DNA of 64,000 nt from Parcubacteria group bacterium. GTDB lineage: Bacteria > Patescibacteriota > Minisyncoccia > UBA6257 > JACRHW01. Positions 9,032 to 17,863 of the stretch are shown one piece after another. A model generated the notes under the pieces. The model had not been told where the DNA came from. It ran no database searches and saw only the letters and a program-made list of their open reading frames with translations. Position 1 is the stretch's first letter, and the number at the start of each line of letters is the position of its first letter. The stretch is taken from assembly GCA_016217555.1 (NCBI GenBank), contig JACRHW010000006.1:18153-82152 (forward strand), in the 5' to 3' direction. The position numbers and the translations under genes are program-made.

Positions 9032-10103
9032 TGGGTTGAAAAAGATTGGGTCCCTTGATAAGAGGGGCCCTCTTCATTTGCTGGTTACCCTTTGGCCTAG
9101 TTTTCCTCACTTTTTTGCCTTTGCAAACGACGAGCGGCTTGCTGGAATTCGTTTGAATAGCGCAATGATGGATAACCCAGAGCTAGAAAAAGAGCTTGAA
9201 CTCATTAGTAGCAATCGAAGTAATATTACTGTCCCTCTTTACTTTGATGTGAAGGGTAGACAGCTTCGTGTTGCGGAAGTGCTTGGGGATTCAGAAACTC
9301 CCTATCTCGATATTTGCCTTAATCACTCCATTGAAGTTCGTACCCCAACGACGGTGCTTTTCAAAGCAGGCGCCGATGGTGCGCGTTTACTTGCAATAGA
9401 AGAGGGCGGATATCGTTTAGTGTTTGATGGGGGGCCAATGTACCGCGTAAAACCCGGTGAGTCACTTCATGTTCTTGACCATAACCTTGAGGTGTTGGGG
9501 TCACAGTTTACGGATGCTGAACTTCATAAGATTGAAACTGTTCGAAGGGCTGGATTCACGAGATACTTTTTGTCGTATGTAGAGTCTCAACGCGACGTTG
9601 ATGAGTTTCTTGAGCTCGTTGGTCGCGACGCAGAAGTTTGGTTAAAAATTGAAAACCAAAAAGGATTGTCATTTGTAAGACACGAATTTCGCAAACGTCC
9701 AAACCTTACTCTTGTTGCTGCCCGCGGTGATCTTTATGTTGAGCTCGCTGGGTGTGAAATTTTGGATGCGTTGCGGCTTATCATAGATCGAGATCCTAAG
9801 GCGTGCGTTGGTTCACGGATTCTTCTCTCGACGATTCATGATGTTATTCCTCTCAATGTTCTCGATGAATTGCATTACCTTATTAATAAGAACAGCGAAT
9901 CTTGTACGGGTCTCAAGGCATTACTCTCCGAGGTGCAGGACGATAGGCCGTCATGTGCTGACCTATCAGACCTGGCATGGCTTTACGATCTTGGATATCG
10001 AAACATAATGCTTTGTGATGAGCTATGCCTTAAGGAACGATGGTTGGGAAAAGCCATCAATGTGTTCGATGAATTTAGAACAAGTTTAGAAAATAAAAAA
10101 TAA
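8997..10103 (+). CDS. pyruvate-kinase-like (PK/PEP-utilising) TIM-barrel enzyme lacking the C-terminal PK domain
   Basis: FDVKGRQLRV (cf. DTKGPEIR), IRLNSAMMD (cf. RLNFSHG), WLKIENQKGL (cf. KIENQEG), LVAARGDLYVE (cf. MVARGDLG); 35-nt overlap with upstream vWA gene. Confidence 0.65.
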   Translation: MKRRVKQNHFFDGLKKIGSLDKRGPLHLLVTLWPSFPHFFAFANDERLAGIRLNSAMMDNPELEKELELISSNRSNITVPLYFDVKGRQLRVAEVLGDSETPYLDICLNHSIEVRTPTTVLFKAGADGARLLAIEEGGYRLVFDGGPMYRVKPGESLHVLDHNLEVLGSQFTDAELHKIETVRRAGFTRYFLSYVESQRDVDEFLELVGRDAEVWLKIENQKGLSFVRHEFRKRPNLTLVAARGDLYVELAGCEILDALRLIIDRDPKACVGSRILLSTIHDVIPLNVLDELHYLINKNSESCTGLKALLSEVQDDRPSCADLSDLAWLYDLGYRNIMLCDELCLKERWLGKAINVFDEFRTSLENKK

Positions 10104-10106
10104 AGT

Positions 10107-10141
10107 AAAAACCCCAATAAGGGGTTTTGTTTTTGATTTTT
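10107..10141 (+). terminator. Rho-independent terminator
   Basis: AAAACCCCAATAAGGGGTTTTGTTTTTGATTTTTT directly after stop of 8997-10103. Confidence 0.65.
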
Positions 10142-10194
10142 TATTGTGGTCGACATATACTGTCGGTAGAACATTTAAATGGAGGTGAAGTGTA

Positions 10195-10434
10195 ATGGTA
10201 TGGTTTCTCATACTTTGGTGCCTTTTGGGATATTGGGTAATTGCGGTACTCGCACGGTGTAAGGTGAAGAACGAAACGGGTAGTTGGGATGTGCTTGATA
10301 AGTGCATAGGTATCATTTTTATGTGGTTTGGAATTCTTATGCTGTATATGTCTATGGAATATATTGTCGCGCATGGGGATAAAGACTGTTTTGTTCATCC
10401 CTTGTGGAACTGGCCATGGTATAGTAAAAAGTAA
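10195..10434 (+). CDS. small membrane protein (2 predicted TM helices)
   Basis: ORF track; hydrophobic MVWFLILWCLLGYWVIAVLA. Confidence 0.4.
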   Translation: MVWFLILWCLLGYWVIAVLARCKVKNETGSWDVLDKCIGIIFMWFGILMLYMSMEYIVAHGDKDCFVHPLWNWPWYSKK

Positions 10435-10475
10435 TATGGTAGCTCGGGAATACCCGAGTTTTTAATTTCACCACA

Positions 10476-11258
10476 ATGAAGCAAAAAATTAAAATTTTAT
10501 TTTTTGATATTTTGACTCCTGATTTAAAGCAGCGGGAGCTTTTTAATAGGGAGATTTATAGAGGAAGTACCTATTCAGAGGTTACAAGGCAGATGGTGGG
10601 TTTGAAACCAGAAGAATGGGTATACTGTGATGCAACACAGAGTGTATTTCCTGAGGATGTTGAACAGTTTGACGGGGTGATTATTGGCGGTTCGACGGGG
10701 GATCCTGTTCCAGGATACGAAAAGCCATGGATAAAAAAGACGTATCCTTATATTAGAAAAATCGTAAAAAAAGGGATTCCACTTCTTGGTATTTGTGGTG
10801 GTCTTCAGTTCACTGTGCGAGCCTTAGGGGGTGAGGTGATTTTTAATCCCAAAGGGAAGGAGTTCGGGACGATACGTGTTGAGGTGACTAAGGAGGGGAA
10901 GAGCGACCTGCTCTTTAAGGGTCTTCCAAAAAGTATTTGGTTTCAATCCAACCATAAGTGCATAGCAAAGGAACTTTTGCCAGAATGGAAATTGCTTGGT
11001 TCATCAGAAATGTGCGAGCCTCAGGCTATTGGAATAGGCGACAAGGTGCGTCTCCTTCAGTTTCACCCTGAGAAAAAATCAGCGCACCTTAAGCATCTCG
11101 TGCGTATGAAGAAGGCGGCCTTTTTTGAAGATGGATTTTTTAAGGATGAAAAGGCAGTAAAAAAGTTCCTTGCTTCAATAAAGAACACAGATCCCGCAGG
11201 CAAAAAAATTCTCCGTAATTTTATCGCACACTTCGTGTTTCCCAATAAGCATCGCTAG
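10476..11258 (+). CDS. class I glutamine amidotransferase-like (peptidase C26 / GATase1) enzyme
   Basis: Nucleophile elbow GICGGLQ and C-terminal LLQFHPE (His-Glu of triad). Confidence 0.75.
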   Translation: MKQKIKILFFDILTPDLKQRELFNREIYRGSTYSEVTRQMVGLKPEEWVYCDATQSVFPEDVEQFDGVIIGGSTGDPVPGYEKPWIKKTYPYIRKIVKKGIPLLGICGGLQFTVRALGGEVIFNPKGKEFGTIRVEVTKEGKSDLLFKGLPKSIWFQSNHKCIAKELLPEWKLLGSSEMCEPQAIGIGDKVRLLQFHPEKKSAHLKHLVRMKKAAFFEDGFFKDEKAVKKFLASIKNTDPAGKKILRNFIAHFVFPNKHR

Positions 11259-11380
11259 TCATTACTACTAGATGGTATGCTGCATCATACCACCCACACC
11301 TTTTTGATAGCTATCTAGATTTGTGCTACATTGTGTGTTATGTTTTGTGCAGTTCTTTGTCTCACTAAGGAGGGTTCTCA

Positions 11381-11618
11381 AGTGACGCTTATGAAGTTCA
11401 TTGAGAAACACAAACTCTCTGACACCACAGATTTGAGTCAAATTCCTCTTGTGCATCCCAAGACAGGAAAGAAGATTTATGTAGTTTCATCATGGTTTTC
11501 TGGCTTTTGGTATCGGCGGAAACCAGGAAGTGTTGGTCGCGTATACCCCTATCAGTACTACGGATCTTTGCTGGAACTTGAAGTTCATCCCGATGCCGAT
11601 GCGCAAAAAAAGAAATAA
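11381..11618 (+). CDS. small hypothetical protein (about 78 aa from the GTG start)
   Basis: AAGGAGG SD then GTG/ATG; lies between GATase1 and the GCS2 genes. Confidence 0.3.
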
Positions 11619-11820
11619 TTTTTTAAAGATAGTCGCAGATGACACCATGCGGCTTTTGTTTTTGTTGACGAGATTGACGAACAAAAGAACTTAGCGTATA
11701 AAGAAGATAATATGGAGCAACAGAAATATACATTTACGTATTGGTTTAGCTTTAGACTTCTCTCGGGGAAGGGGACTTTTGTTGCAACACGTGGGTAATA
11801 CCTAAATATTGTAACTATAT

Positions 11821-11855
11821 AAAAAGCCTCTTCCCTGGAAGAGGTCTTTCGTTTT
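11821..11855. terminator. bidirectional hairpin terminator
   Basis: GCCTCTTCCCTGGAAGAGGTC stem flanked by A-run and T-run. Confidence 0.4.
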
Positions 11856-11924
11856 ATGCCAGGGCGAAAACGTTCTGAGTGTAATCGAAGGATTATTCTT
11901 CTGGGAACAGTACTTTGAAAAAAA

Positions 11925-12005
11925 GAGCACGCCTTTGCCCCTAGGGGCTTCGGCGAGGCAAGGTCCGCCTGCGTTAAAACTGCGGCGAGGCAAGGAAGGG
12001 GGAAA
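11925..12005 (+). promoter_or_regulatory. GC-rich structured 5' leader with direct repeat GGCGAGGCAAGG x2 and palindrome GCCCCTAGGGGC
   Basis: Seen directly; unusually GC-rich for this genome; immediately upstream of the GCS2 gene. Confidence 0.3.
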
Positions 12006-12012
12006 GATATAA

Positions 12013-12777
12013 ATGACTGAAACTACACTTCCTGAATTTTTGGGAAAGTTTGATTTTCGCGATGAGCTTACGGGATATGTGGGTATCGAGCGTGAACATT
12101 TTCTTGTCGATCGACATGGTATTCTTGTGCCGAGATCAAAGGATTTTTTGGATGCCATTAATGATCCACGCTGGACGTATGAACTTTCGGCGTGTCAGGT
12201 GGAGGACAGAACGAATCCACAGAGAGAAATAGGAGCGATTAAGCTTGAGCTTCTCGAGAACGATAACAACGCAAAGCTGTGTGCAGAAAAGTTAGGAATA
12301 TGTGTGATAAATAAAGAGGTTCAAGACAAGGATATGCCACTTGAGGTGTATCCCGACCCACGTTACTTGGAAATAGTACGTAATATTGATCGCGAACGTT
12401 TATGTTCTGCATGTCGTGTGACGGGGACGCATATCCACATAGGTGTCTCAGATATGATGAGTGCAATTGCTACCTATAACTTGTTACTTCCTTATCTCGA
12501 AGAGTTGTGCGAACTTGGCGACCACTCGGATGGAGAGCGGTTGAGACTCTACAAAACCATGGCAACATTTTGGAAACCTGAGCGATATAGAAATGTTCAT
12601 GAACTTTTCAAGGTGGCCACATTGCGTGGCTTTGCTGATAATCCAAGAAATTGTTGGGATCTCATACGCATTAGTAGACATGGGACGATTGAGCTTCGTA
12701 TGTTTGGAGTTACTGATCACGTTGACGAGGTGCTCATGTGGGTGTCTCGTATCAAAAAAATCCTGCCGCTCCGGTGA
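12013..12777 (+). CDS. GCS2/YbdK-family carboxylate-amine ligase (glutamine-synthetase fold), short form
   Basis: GIEREHFLVD, TGTHIHIGV and TIELRMFG motifs. Confidence 0.6.
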   Translation: MTETTLPEFLGKFDFRDELTGYVGIEREHFLVDRHGILVPRSKDFLDAINDPRWTYELSACQVEDRTNPQREIGAIKLELLENDNNAKLCAEKLGICVINKEVQDKDMPLEVYPDPRYLEIVRNIDRERLCSACRVTGTHIHIGVSDMMSAIATYNLLLPYLEELCELGDHSDGERLRLYKTMATFWKPERYRNVHELFKVATLRGFADNPRNCWDLIRISRHGTIELRMFGVTDHVDEVLMWVSRIKKILPLR

Positions 12778-12840
12778 GAGCGATGAATCTCTCGAAAGAG
12801 AAATTCATCACCCTGAGGGGCGGAAAAGGAGGAGGGTGCT

Positions 12841-14238
12841 ATGTTGGATAAGGACAAGGTAGAAAAGAATGAAAGAGAAATGCACGAATCGTTTTGTGAG
12901 AAGGCACGAGAGCTGATTATGCAAGAGGAGCAGTTTAGGAAACCAGAGGGTACTCAGCTTGTGGGGTTTGAGTCAGAGGTGGCGCTTGATACAAAGCACC
13001 TTGAGGTGAGTGAACTTGAGGCGACACGCGATGCAATTATTCACGAAGTAGGTGAAAGTGCAGACATTGAACTTGGTGCAGGACAGATTGAGGTAAGAAC
13101 TCCGCCGTTTGATATTCTCGCCGAGGAAGGTTTTCGACAACTTCTTACGGTATACAGAAATGAGTTTGCAAAAGTATGCCATGCAGCACACAAGCGAAAT
13201 ACGCAAATTATGCGAGTAGGCGCAAATCCCTTTTTGCCTATCAAAGATACGCCGAGGACAAGTAAGCCAAAATACACACAAGTCCCGGATTTCTATAACA
13301 CCCATCGTGGGTGTCATGTCGACACACATATTGGTCTCGGAAATACACAAATCAATATTGGATTCGCCGAAGTTGTTTCTTTGTTTCAGTCTTTTCAGAT
13401 TAATATAGAGGCACGATCATTTCGTGATGCTATCGATAAGATGAATCGATCATTTGTGGTCGCACCTTACCTTTTGGCTCTTTCTGGGAATGCTCGGTAC
13501 TTGAATTGTATCGATACTCACTTGAATGATATGCGTATGATGGCGTGGGAGAAGAGCCACGATACAAGAATGCAGGATGTTCGTGTTCTTTCTTGGGAGA
13601 GAAGTTTCGATATGCGTAGTAATGAGGACGTACGTAATGGCAAATTACTTCGTATTGGATTGCCGGAACGATACTTTGAAGATATGAAAGATTACCTTGT
13701 ACGAGCAGGACAATTTCCTTTTATTCTTCACAATCCAGAGGCAACACTTCAGATTGCTATTGGCATGACGTGGCTTGATACGCGTGTGAAATTTATTGGT
13801 GATGCTTGTGTCGTCGAACTTCGTATCCTTCCCACCCAACCCTCTATTGAGGAAGAAGTGGCACTTATGTTTTTTTACATCGGTTGGCTCGTTGATGCAC
13901 AAATACGAGGTGAGAAACTTCTCCCTATCAATTTCGTTCGTGAGAATAGGCTTTCTGCTATGATGTACGGTGTACATAGGCCCATGTGGTTTATGTCCGA
14001 CGCAAATGAATGTGAGCAATTGCAGGCGTTTGAGGGTATTACTCGTGAAATAGAGAGAGCGTGGCGCGGTCTTAGACATCTCGGACTTGATCAATTGTTT
14101 CATGCCGGACTTCTTCATCTCACCCCTGCCCTTACATCACCCTCTGATAGACTTGGGAAGATTCTTGCACATGATGGTGAATGCATTCCCGCAGAACGGA
14201 TGAGACAGGCACTTAAGGAAGCTATGATGTTGTTTTAA
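12841..14238 (+). CDS. GCS2-like carboxylate-amine ligase, large paralog
   Basis: GFESEVAL, QIEVRTPPF and CHVDTHIGLG motifs; GGAGGAGGG SD. Confidence 0.5.
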   Translation: MLDKDKVEKNEREMHESFCEKARELIMQEEQFRKPEGTQLVGFESEVALDTKHLEVSELEATRDAIIHEVGESADIELGAGQIEVRTPPFDILAEEGFRQLLTVYRNEFAKVCHAAHKRNTQIMRVGANPFLPIKDTPRTSKPKYTQVPDFYNTHRGCHVDTHIGLGNTQINIGFAEVVSLFQSFQINIEARSFRDAIDKMNRSFVVAPYLLALSGNARYLNCIDTHLNDMRMMAWEKSHDTRMQDVRVLSWERSFDMRSNEDVRNGKLLRIGLPERYFEDMKDYLVRAGQFPFILHNPEATLQIAIGMTWLDTRVKFIGDACVVELRILPTQPSIEEEVALMFFYIGWLVDAQIRGEKLLPINFVRENRLSAMMYGVHRPMWFMSDANECEQLQAFEGITREIERAWRGLRHLGLDQLFHAGLLHLTPALTSPSDRLGKILAHDGECIPAERMRQALKEAMMLF

Positions 14239-14243
14239 TTTTT

Positions 14244-14280
14244 AAAGACGAGGAAATCCTCGTCTTTTTCTTTTCTTTTT
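14244..14280 (+). terminator. Rho-independent terminator
   Basis: AAGACGAGGAAATCCTCGTCTTTTTCTTTTCTTTTTT. Confidence 0.65.
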
Positions 14281-14305
14281 TGGATGCCAGGATTATGATG
14301 TATTT

Positions 14306-14656
14306 ATGATAGACATTTCTAAAATTACAGACTATTTATATCTAGGTTCACAGCCGGAGCTTGAGGGATATAAGTATCTTGAGGATAACGGTGTGAAGTT
14401 AGTTATTAATATGCGTCTCATGCACCCACTCTTTAGAGATGTTGCGCCTGTACCTATTGAGATTTTACGTTTGCGTACTTTTGATGCGCCACTTTTTCCT
14501 ATTCCTGTGATGGCATTAGTGCGGGGAGTAGAAACAGCTCTTCCCCATACTAAAAATGGTGGAAAGGTATTTACGCATTGTAAGGCAGGAGTGCATCGTT
14601 CTGTTGCCATGGCATCGTCTATCCTTATTGGTATGGGACATACATCTTTGTTATAA
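14306..14656 (+). CDS. Cys-based protein phosphatase (dual-specificity/PTP-like), short
   Basis: Active-site HCKAGVHRS (CX5R) with upstream Asp in TFDAP. Confidence 0.7.
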   Translation: MIDISKITDYLYLGSQPELEGYKYLEDNGVKLVINMRLMHPLFRDVAPVPIEILRLRTFDAPLFPIPVMALVRGVETALPHTKNGGKVFTHCKAGVHRSVAMASSILIGMGHTSLL

Positions 14657-14665
14657 TGAAAAAAT

Positions 14666-14941
14666 ATGAACACACTCTATTATTTTATTGGGTTTGGGGT
14701 ATTGGGTGGCGTGGTTCGCGCACTAGTGGGGATCTCGAAGTATTATGAGAAAAATAAAAAAGAGAAGAGAATTCGCTTTGGCTATCTTTTCTTTTCGCTT
14801 TTAGTTTCTGCTTTGGTGGGTGGAGTCGCGGGGGCACTCGCAGGATATGATTGGCGGTTTGCGGTAATTGCGGGATATGCAGGAGCCGACTTTTTCGAGG
14901 GACTTTATAAGATACGTATGAAACAGGGTTTTGAGATATAA
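14666..14941 (+). CDS. small membrane protein (2 TM, Gly/Ala-rich)
   Basis: ORF track; hydrophobic segments. Confidence 0.4.
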   Translation: MNTLYYFIGFGVLGGVVRALVGISKYYEKNKKEKRIRFGYLFFSLLVSALVGGVAGALAGYDWRFAVIAGYAGADFFEGLYKIRMKQGFEI

Positions 14942-14955
14942 AGAGGTAAACATAA

Positions 14956-15062
14956 GATAACCATACCAATATACGAATGATACTAATACTACAAATCAAT
15001 ACGAATATCGTACGTATTCGTAACCATTCGTATCATTTGTATGGATTCGTATATTAGTATTT
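14956..15062. repeat. 107-bp imperfectly palindromic element (TACGAAT/ATTCGTA-rich, centred on CGTACG), copy 1; exact reverse complement of 34528-34634
   Basis: Base-by-base comparison of both copies. Confidence 0.85.
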
Positions 15063-15072
15063 TGATTGATAT

Positions 15073-15921
15073 ATGAAACCAAACATTGGTGCACACGTGT
15101 CTGCTTCCGGCGGACTTTTTAGGGGTATAGAGAATGCACAGGCGATTGGTGCGGAGTGTCTTCAGCTTTTTGGTGCCTCTCCTCAGCAATGGGTGGCGAG
15201 GATGCCGAGCGATGAAGATTTCGCAAGATTTAGGGAGGCTCGTAAAAAAAGCGGTATTGGTCCTGTCTTTCTACATGCGGCCTATCTTCCTAATCTTGCA
15301 ACGGCTGATCACGGTATGTACGAGAAATCGATTAAGAATCTCTCTGAGCATCTTGCTATTGCAGAACGTATGGGGGTGGAGGGGCTCATTTTTCACGTAG
15401 GATCAGGAAAAGAGGCACCCAAGGAAGAGGCGATTAAGAAGGCAGTTCTCGGCATGAAAAAAATTCTAAAAGTTGTTCCTGGAAAAACAATGCTTATTAT
15501 GGAAAATTCTGCAGGAGGGGGGCAGAAGTTGGGGTCAAGCGCGCACGAGATGGGATTGATGTTGAAGGGTGTTGATTCGGGGCGCATTAAAATATGTATT
15601 GATACCGCGCACGCATTCGAAGCAGGAACCGTGGAGGGGTATACCAAGGAACATGTCAAACAATTTTGTGATGAGTGGGACAAAGAGATAGGGCTAGAGA
15701 ATGTTGTTGCACTCCACGTAAATGATTCTAAAACGGTATTTAATTCTCACCACGATCGGCATGAAAATATTGGCGAAGGATATATTGGACTTGAGGGGTT
15801 CAAAAACATTGCTGCAGAAAAACGACTACACAACAAGGCATGGATTTTAGAGGTTCCTGGTTTTGACGGCAACGGACCTGACAAGAGAAACGTAGATATT
15901 CTCAAATCTTGTTTTAAATAA
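15073..15921 (+). CDS. nfo: endonuclease IV (AP endonuclease)
   Basis: MKPNIGAHVSASGGL..ECLQLF Nfo N-terminus; TIM-barrel xylose-isomerase-like. Confidence 0.85.
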   Translation: MKPNIGAHVSASGGLFRGIENAQAIGAECLQLFGASPQQWVARMPSDEDFARFREARKKSGIGPVFLHAAYLPNLATADHGMYEKSIKNLSEHLAIAERMGVEGLIFHVGSGKEAPKEEAIKKAVLGMKKILKVVPGKTMLIMENSAGGGQKLGSSAHEMGLMLKGVDSGRIKICIDTAHAFEAGTVEGYTKEHVKQFCDEWDKEIGLENVVALHVNDSKTVFNSHHDRHENIGEGYIGLEGFKNIAAEKRLHNKAWILEVPGFDGNGPDKRNVDILKSCFK

Positions 15922-15948
15922 AAAACTTCGCGTATGAGCGAAGTTATA

Positions 15949-16293
15949 TTAGTTAAAAAGTGAGGAGGTGTGTTTTTGTGTGAAAGCGGTTTCTACTATT
16001 TCAAAGGTTGGTTCTTTCGCGTGCCGATCGACGGTTCCTTGTTTGTCGATAATCTTTGCTCGTCTCGCAAGATCACGAAGATTATAGTAGTGTAGTCTAT
16101 GTATTTTTCCGTGAATGTTCAATTCTATCCAGCTTTTTGATTCGATCTGTTCGAGAGTAATGGCGTCTTCTCGTACCAACCTAAGGAGCGTATCCCAAAA
16201 ACAAATAAAGACCTTGGAGAATTGTTCAAACTGTTCATATACCAAATTACAGATGACGACTCGAAACATGCCACTATTCCGAAAAGTACACAT
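15949..16293 (-). CDS. hypothetical protein (possibly the 3' part of a frameshifted gene with 16374-16736)
   Basis: ORF track; adjacent same-strand ORF in another frame. Confidence 0.3.
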   Translation of the reverse strand: MCTFRNSGMFRVVICNLVYEQFEQFSKVFICFWDTLLRLVREDAITLEQIESKSWIELNIHGKIHRLHYYNLRDLARRAKIIDKQGTVDRHAKEPTFEIVETAFTQKHTSSLFN

Positions 16294-16373
16294 GCGGAAA
16301 TCGAAATGAGGGGTTTAAAAGATCACTGCGTGTTTTGATGAAACACACAGGAACCATAGCTGTGTGCAAAGAC

Positions 16374-16736
16374 TCATAAAGTGCAGGAATAAGGTTGCGG
16401 GGGGAGCGTTGCAAGATGTAAACGCTGTGATTCGTCTTTAATATCAAGCAATACGATGATATAGGGATAATCGAGAGGAAGCACCCTATTACACTTCTCA
16501 ACGATAGCACTGATAAGAAGTATATGAAGTACCGGATCTTCTAATCTTGAATGTTCGGGGTAGAGTGCTTGAAATTGAGAAATCGCTTGTCTCGCCAAAT
16601 GTGCGGCAACCACATTAAATGCACCAAGAGATCTTTTTCTTAATTCATCCCTATACTCTTCAAGGATTCTAACGAGCCCCTCAAGTATTTTGGTATTAAA
16701 ATTTTCAAGGATACGCAAATACTCTTCTTTTTGCAT
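16374..16736 (-). CDS. hypothetical protein
   Basis: ORF track 120 aa. Confidence 0.35.
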   Translation of the reverse strand: MQKEEYLRILENFNTKILEGLVRILEEYRDELRKRSLGAFNVVAAHLARQAISQFQALYPEHSRLEDPVLHILLISAIVEKCNRVLPLDYPYIIVLLDIKDESQRLHLATLPPQPYSCTL

Positions 16737-16837
16737 ACAAACACCTTCTTTGCGGTTTATGTGTTATGTACTATCGACACCATACCATAGTATTACGGTG
16801 TCTTGTCAATCATTGCAGGCGCTGTTTTGAAACACAA

Positions 16838-16905
16838 TATTCCCTGAGCGAAGTCGAAGGGTTTCCTTAGAGAAAGGTAGGCCTTCGACAAGCTCAGGCA
16901 CTAGC
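16838..16905. repeat. hairpin repeat CCTGAGCGAAGTCGAAGGG..GCCTTCGACARGCTCAGG, full copy (second full copy 49325-49392; half copies near 44635 and 53283)
   Basis: Seen directly; stem conserved, loop differs between copies. Confidence 0.6.
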
Positions 16906-16970
16906 ACACATGTATTTCCTAAACTGAAACGAGATGCTAATAAAAAGTATTTTTCTCATTTTGTGTTAGA

Positions 16971-17618
16971 ATGTTTTGTATGGATAAAGAGGATTTGAGG
17001 GGGCGAAAAAAGAGGGCCGCAAAGATATTCGGGACGCTTAAGAAGTTATTTCCAGATGCAGGGATGATGCTCAAATATTCCAATAACTGGGAGCTTCTTG
17101 TTGCGGTGATGCTCTCGGCACAATGCACTGATAAACAAGTAAATAAGGTAACCGAGGCGTTGTTTAAGAAATACAAAACTCTTGAGGATTATCTGGGGGC
17201 TAGTCTAAAACAGTTTGAGAAGGACATTTATTCTACGGGTTTTTATCGCAGTAAAGCAAAACATATTCTTGCGGCAGCGAAGATGGTGAAGGAAAAATTT
17301 AGCGGTAAGATTCCCCGGACGATGGAAGAAATAATGTCCTTACCTGGAGTGGCACGAAAGACAGCAAATGTGGTGTTGGGGAATGCATATGGTATAGTTC
17401 TTGGTATTGCTGTCGATACACACGTAAAACGTCTTGTGGGGGTACTTGGGTTGAGCAACCATACAGATCCAAATAAAATAGAACAGGATCTCATGGAAAT
17501 TATTCCTAAAAAAGATTGGTTTGTTATTGCTTATCGATTGATAGAATATGGGAGAAATTATTGTCCAGCAAAGCGCCACAAGCACGAATTATGTCCTCTT
17601 ACAAAAATAAAAGTTTAG
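16971..17618 (+). CDS. nth: endonuclease III (DNA glycosylase/AP lyase)
   Basis: LLVAVMLSAQCTDKQVNKVT HhH region; C-terminal Cys cluster NYCPAKRHKHELCPL. Confidence 0.85.
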   Translation: MFCMDKEDLRGRKKRAAKIFGTLKKLFPDAGMMLKYSNNWELLVAVMLSAQCTDKQVNKVTEALFKKYKTLEDYLGASLKQFEKDIYSTGFYRSKAKHILAAAKMVKEKFSGKIPRTMEEIMSLPGVARKTANVVLGNAYGIVLGIAVDTHVKRLVGVLGLSNHTDPNKIEQDLMEIIPKKDWFVIAYRLIEYGRNYCPAKRHKHELCPLTKIKV

Positions 17619-17643
17619 ATACAGAATGTTAAAGTTGTAAGGT

Positions 17644-17812
17644 ACGTGGTATTTTGAATTATGAGACATGAATTCCTCACACGCGAGAATGCCCAGCGGC
17701 ATTCTCGCTCTCTCCACAAGCGCTTCATTGTCAACCCAACTCATTACCATTCGGGGTTGACAACACCCTGCTACGCGCTTGCGGAAGGGTTCGAAATTCA
17801 TGTCTCATAATT
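17644..17812 (+). mobile_element. MITE-like structured repeat, family 1, copy 1 (TIR TTGARTTATGARAYAT; core GCGCTTCATTGTCAACCCAACTCATTACCATTCGGGGTTGACAACACCCTGC)
   Basis: Perfect terminal IR GAATTATGAGACATGAATTC; two internal hairpins; homologous copies at 19898-20057 (inverted) and 23049-23190. Confidence 0.7.
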
Positions 17813-17863
17813 CAAAATGGCCAAGGTATACGAGCTATAAGATACTAAAATATAATAATACAC

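Noticed and set aside
8997-10103. Calling this gene glycolytic pyruvate kinase (pyk)
   Set aside because: It lacks the C-terminal domain and is divergent in part of the active-site region; kept as PK-like of unknown specificity.
14685-14999. ORF 14685-14999 (-) and the N-terminus of ORF 34591 (+), both beginning MICSISIIRILVWLS
   Set aside because: The shared N-terminus is the 107-bp palindromic repeat translated; 14685-14999 is antisense to a better small-membrane-protein ORF, and the rseP start was moved to 34645.
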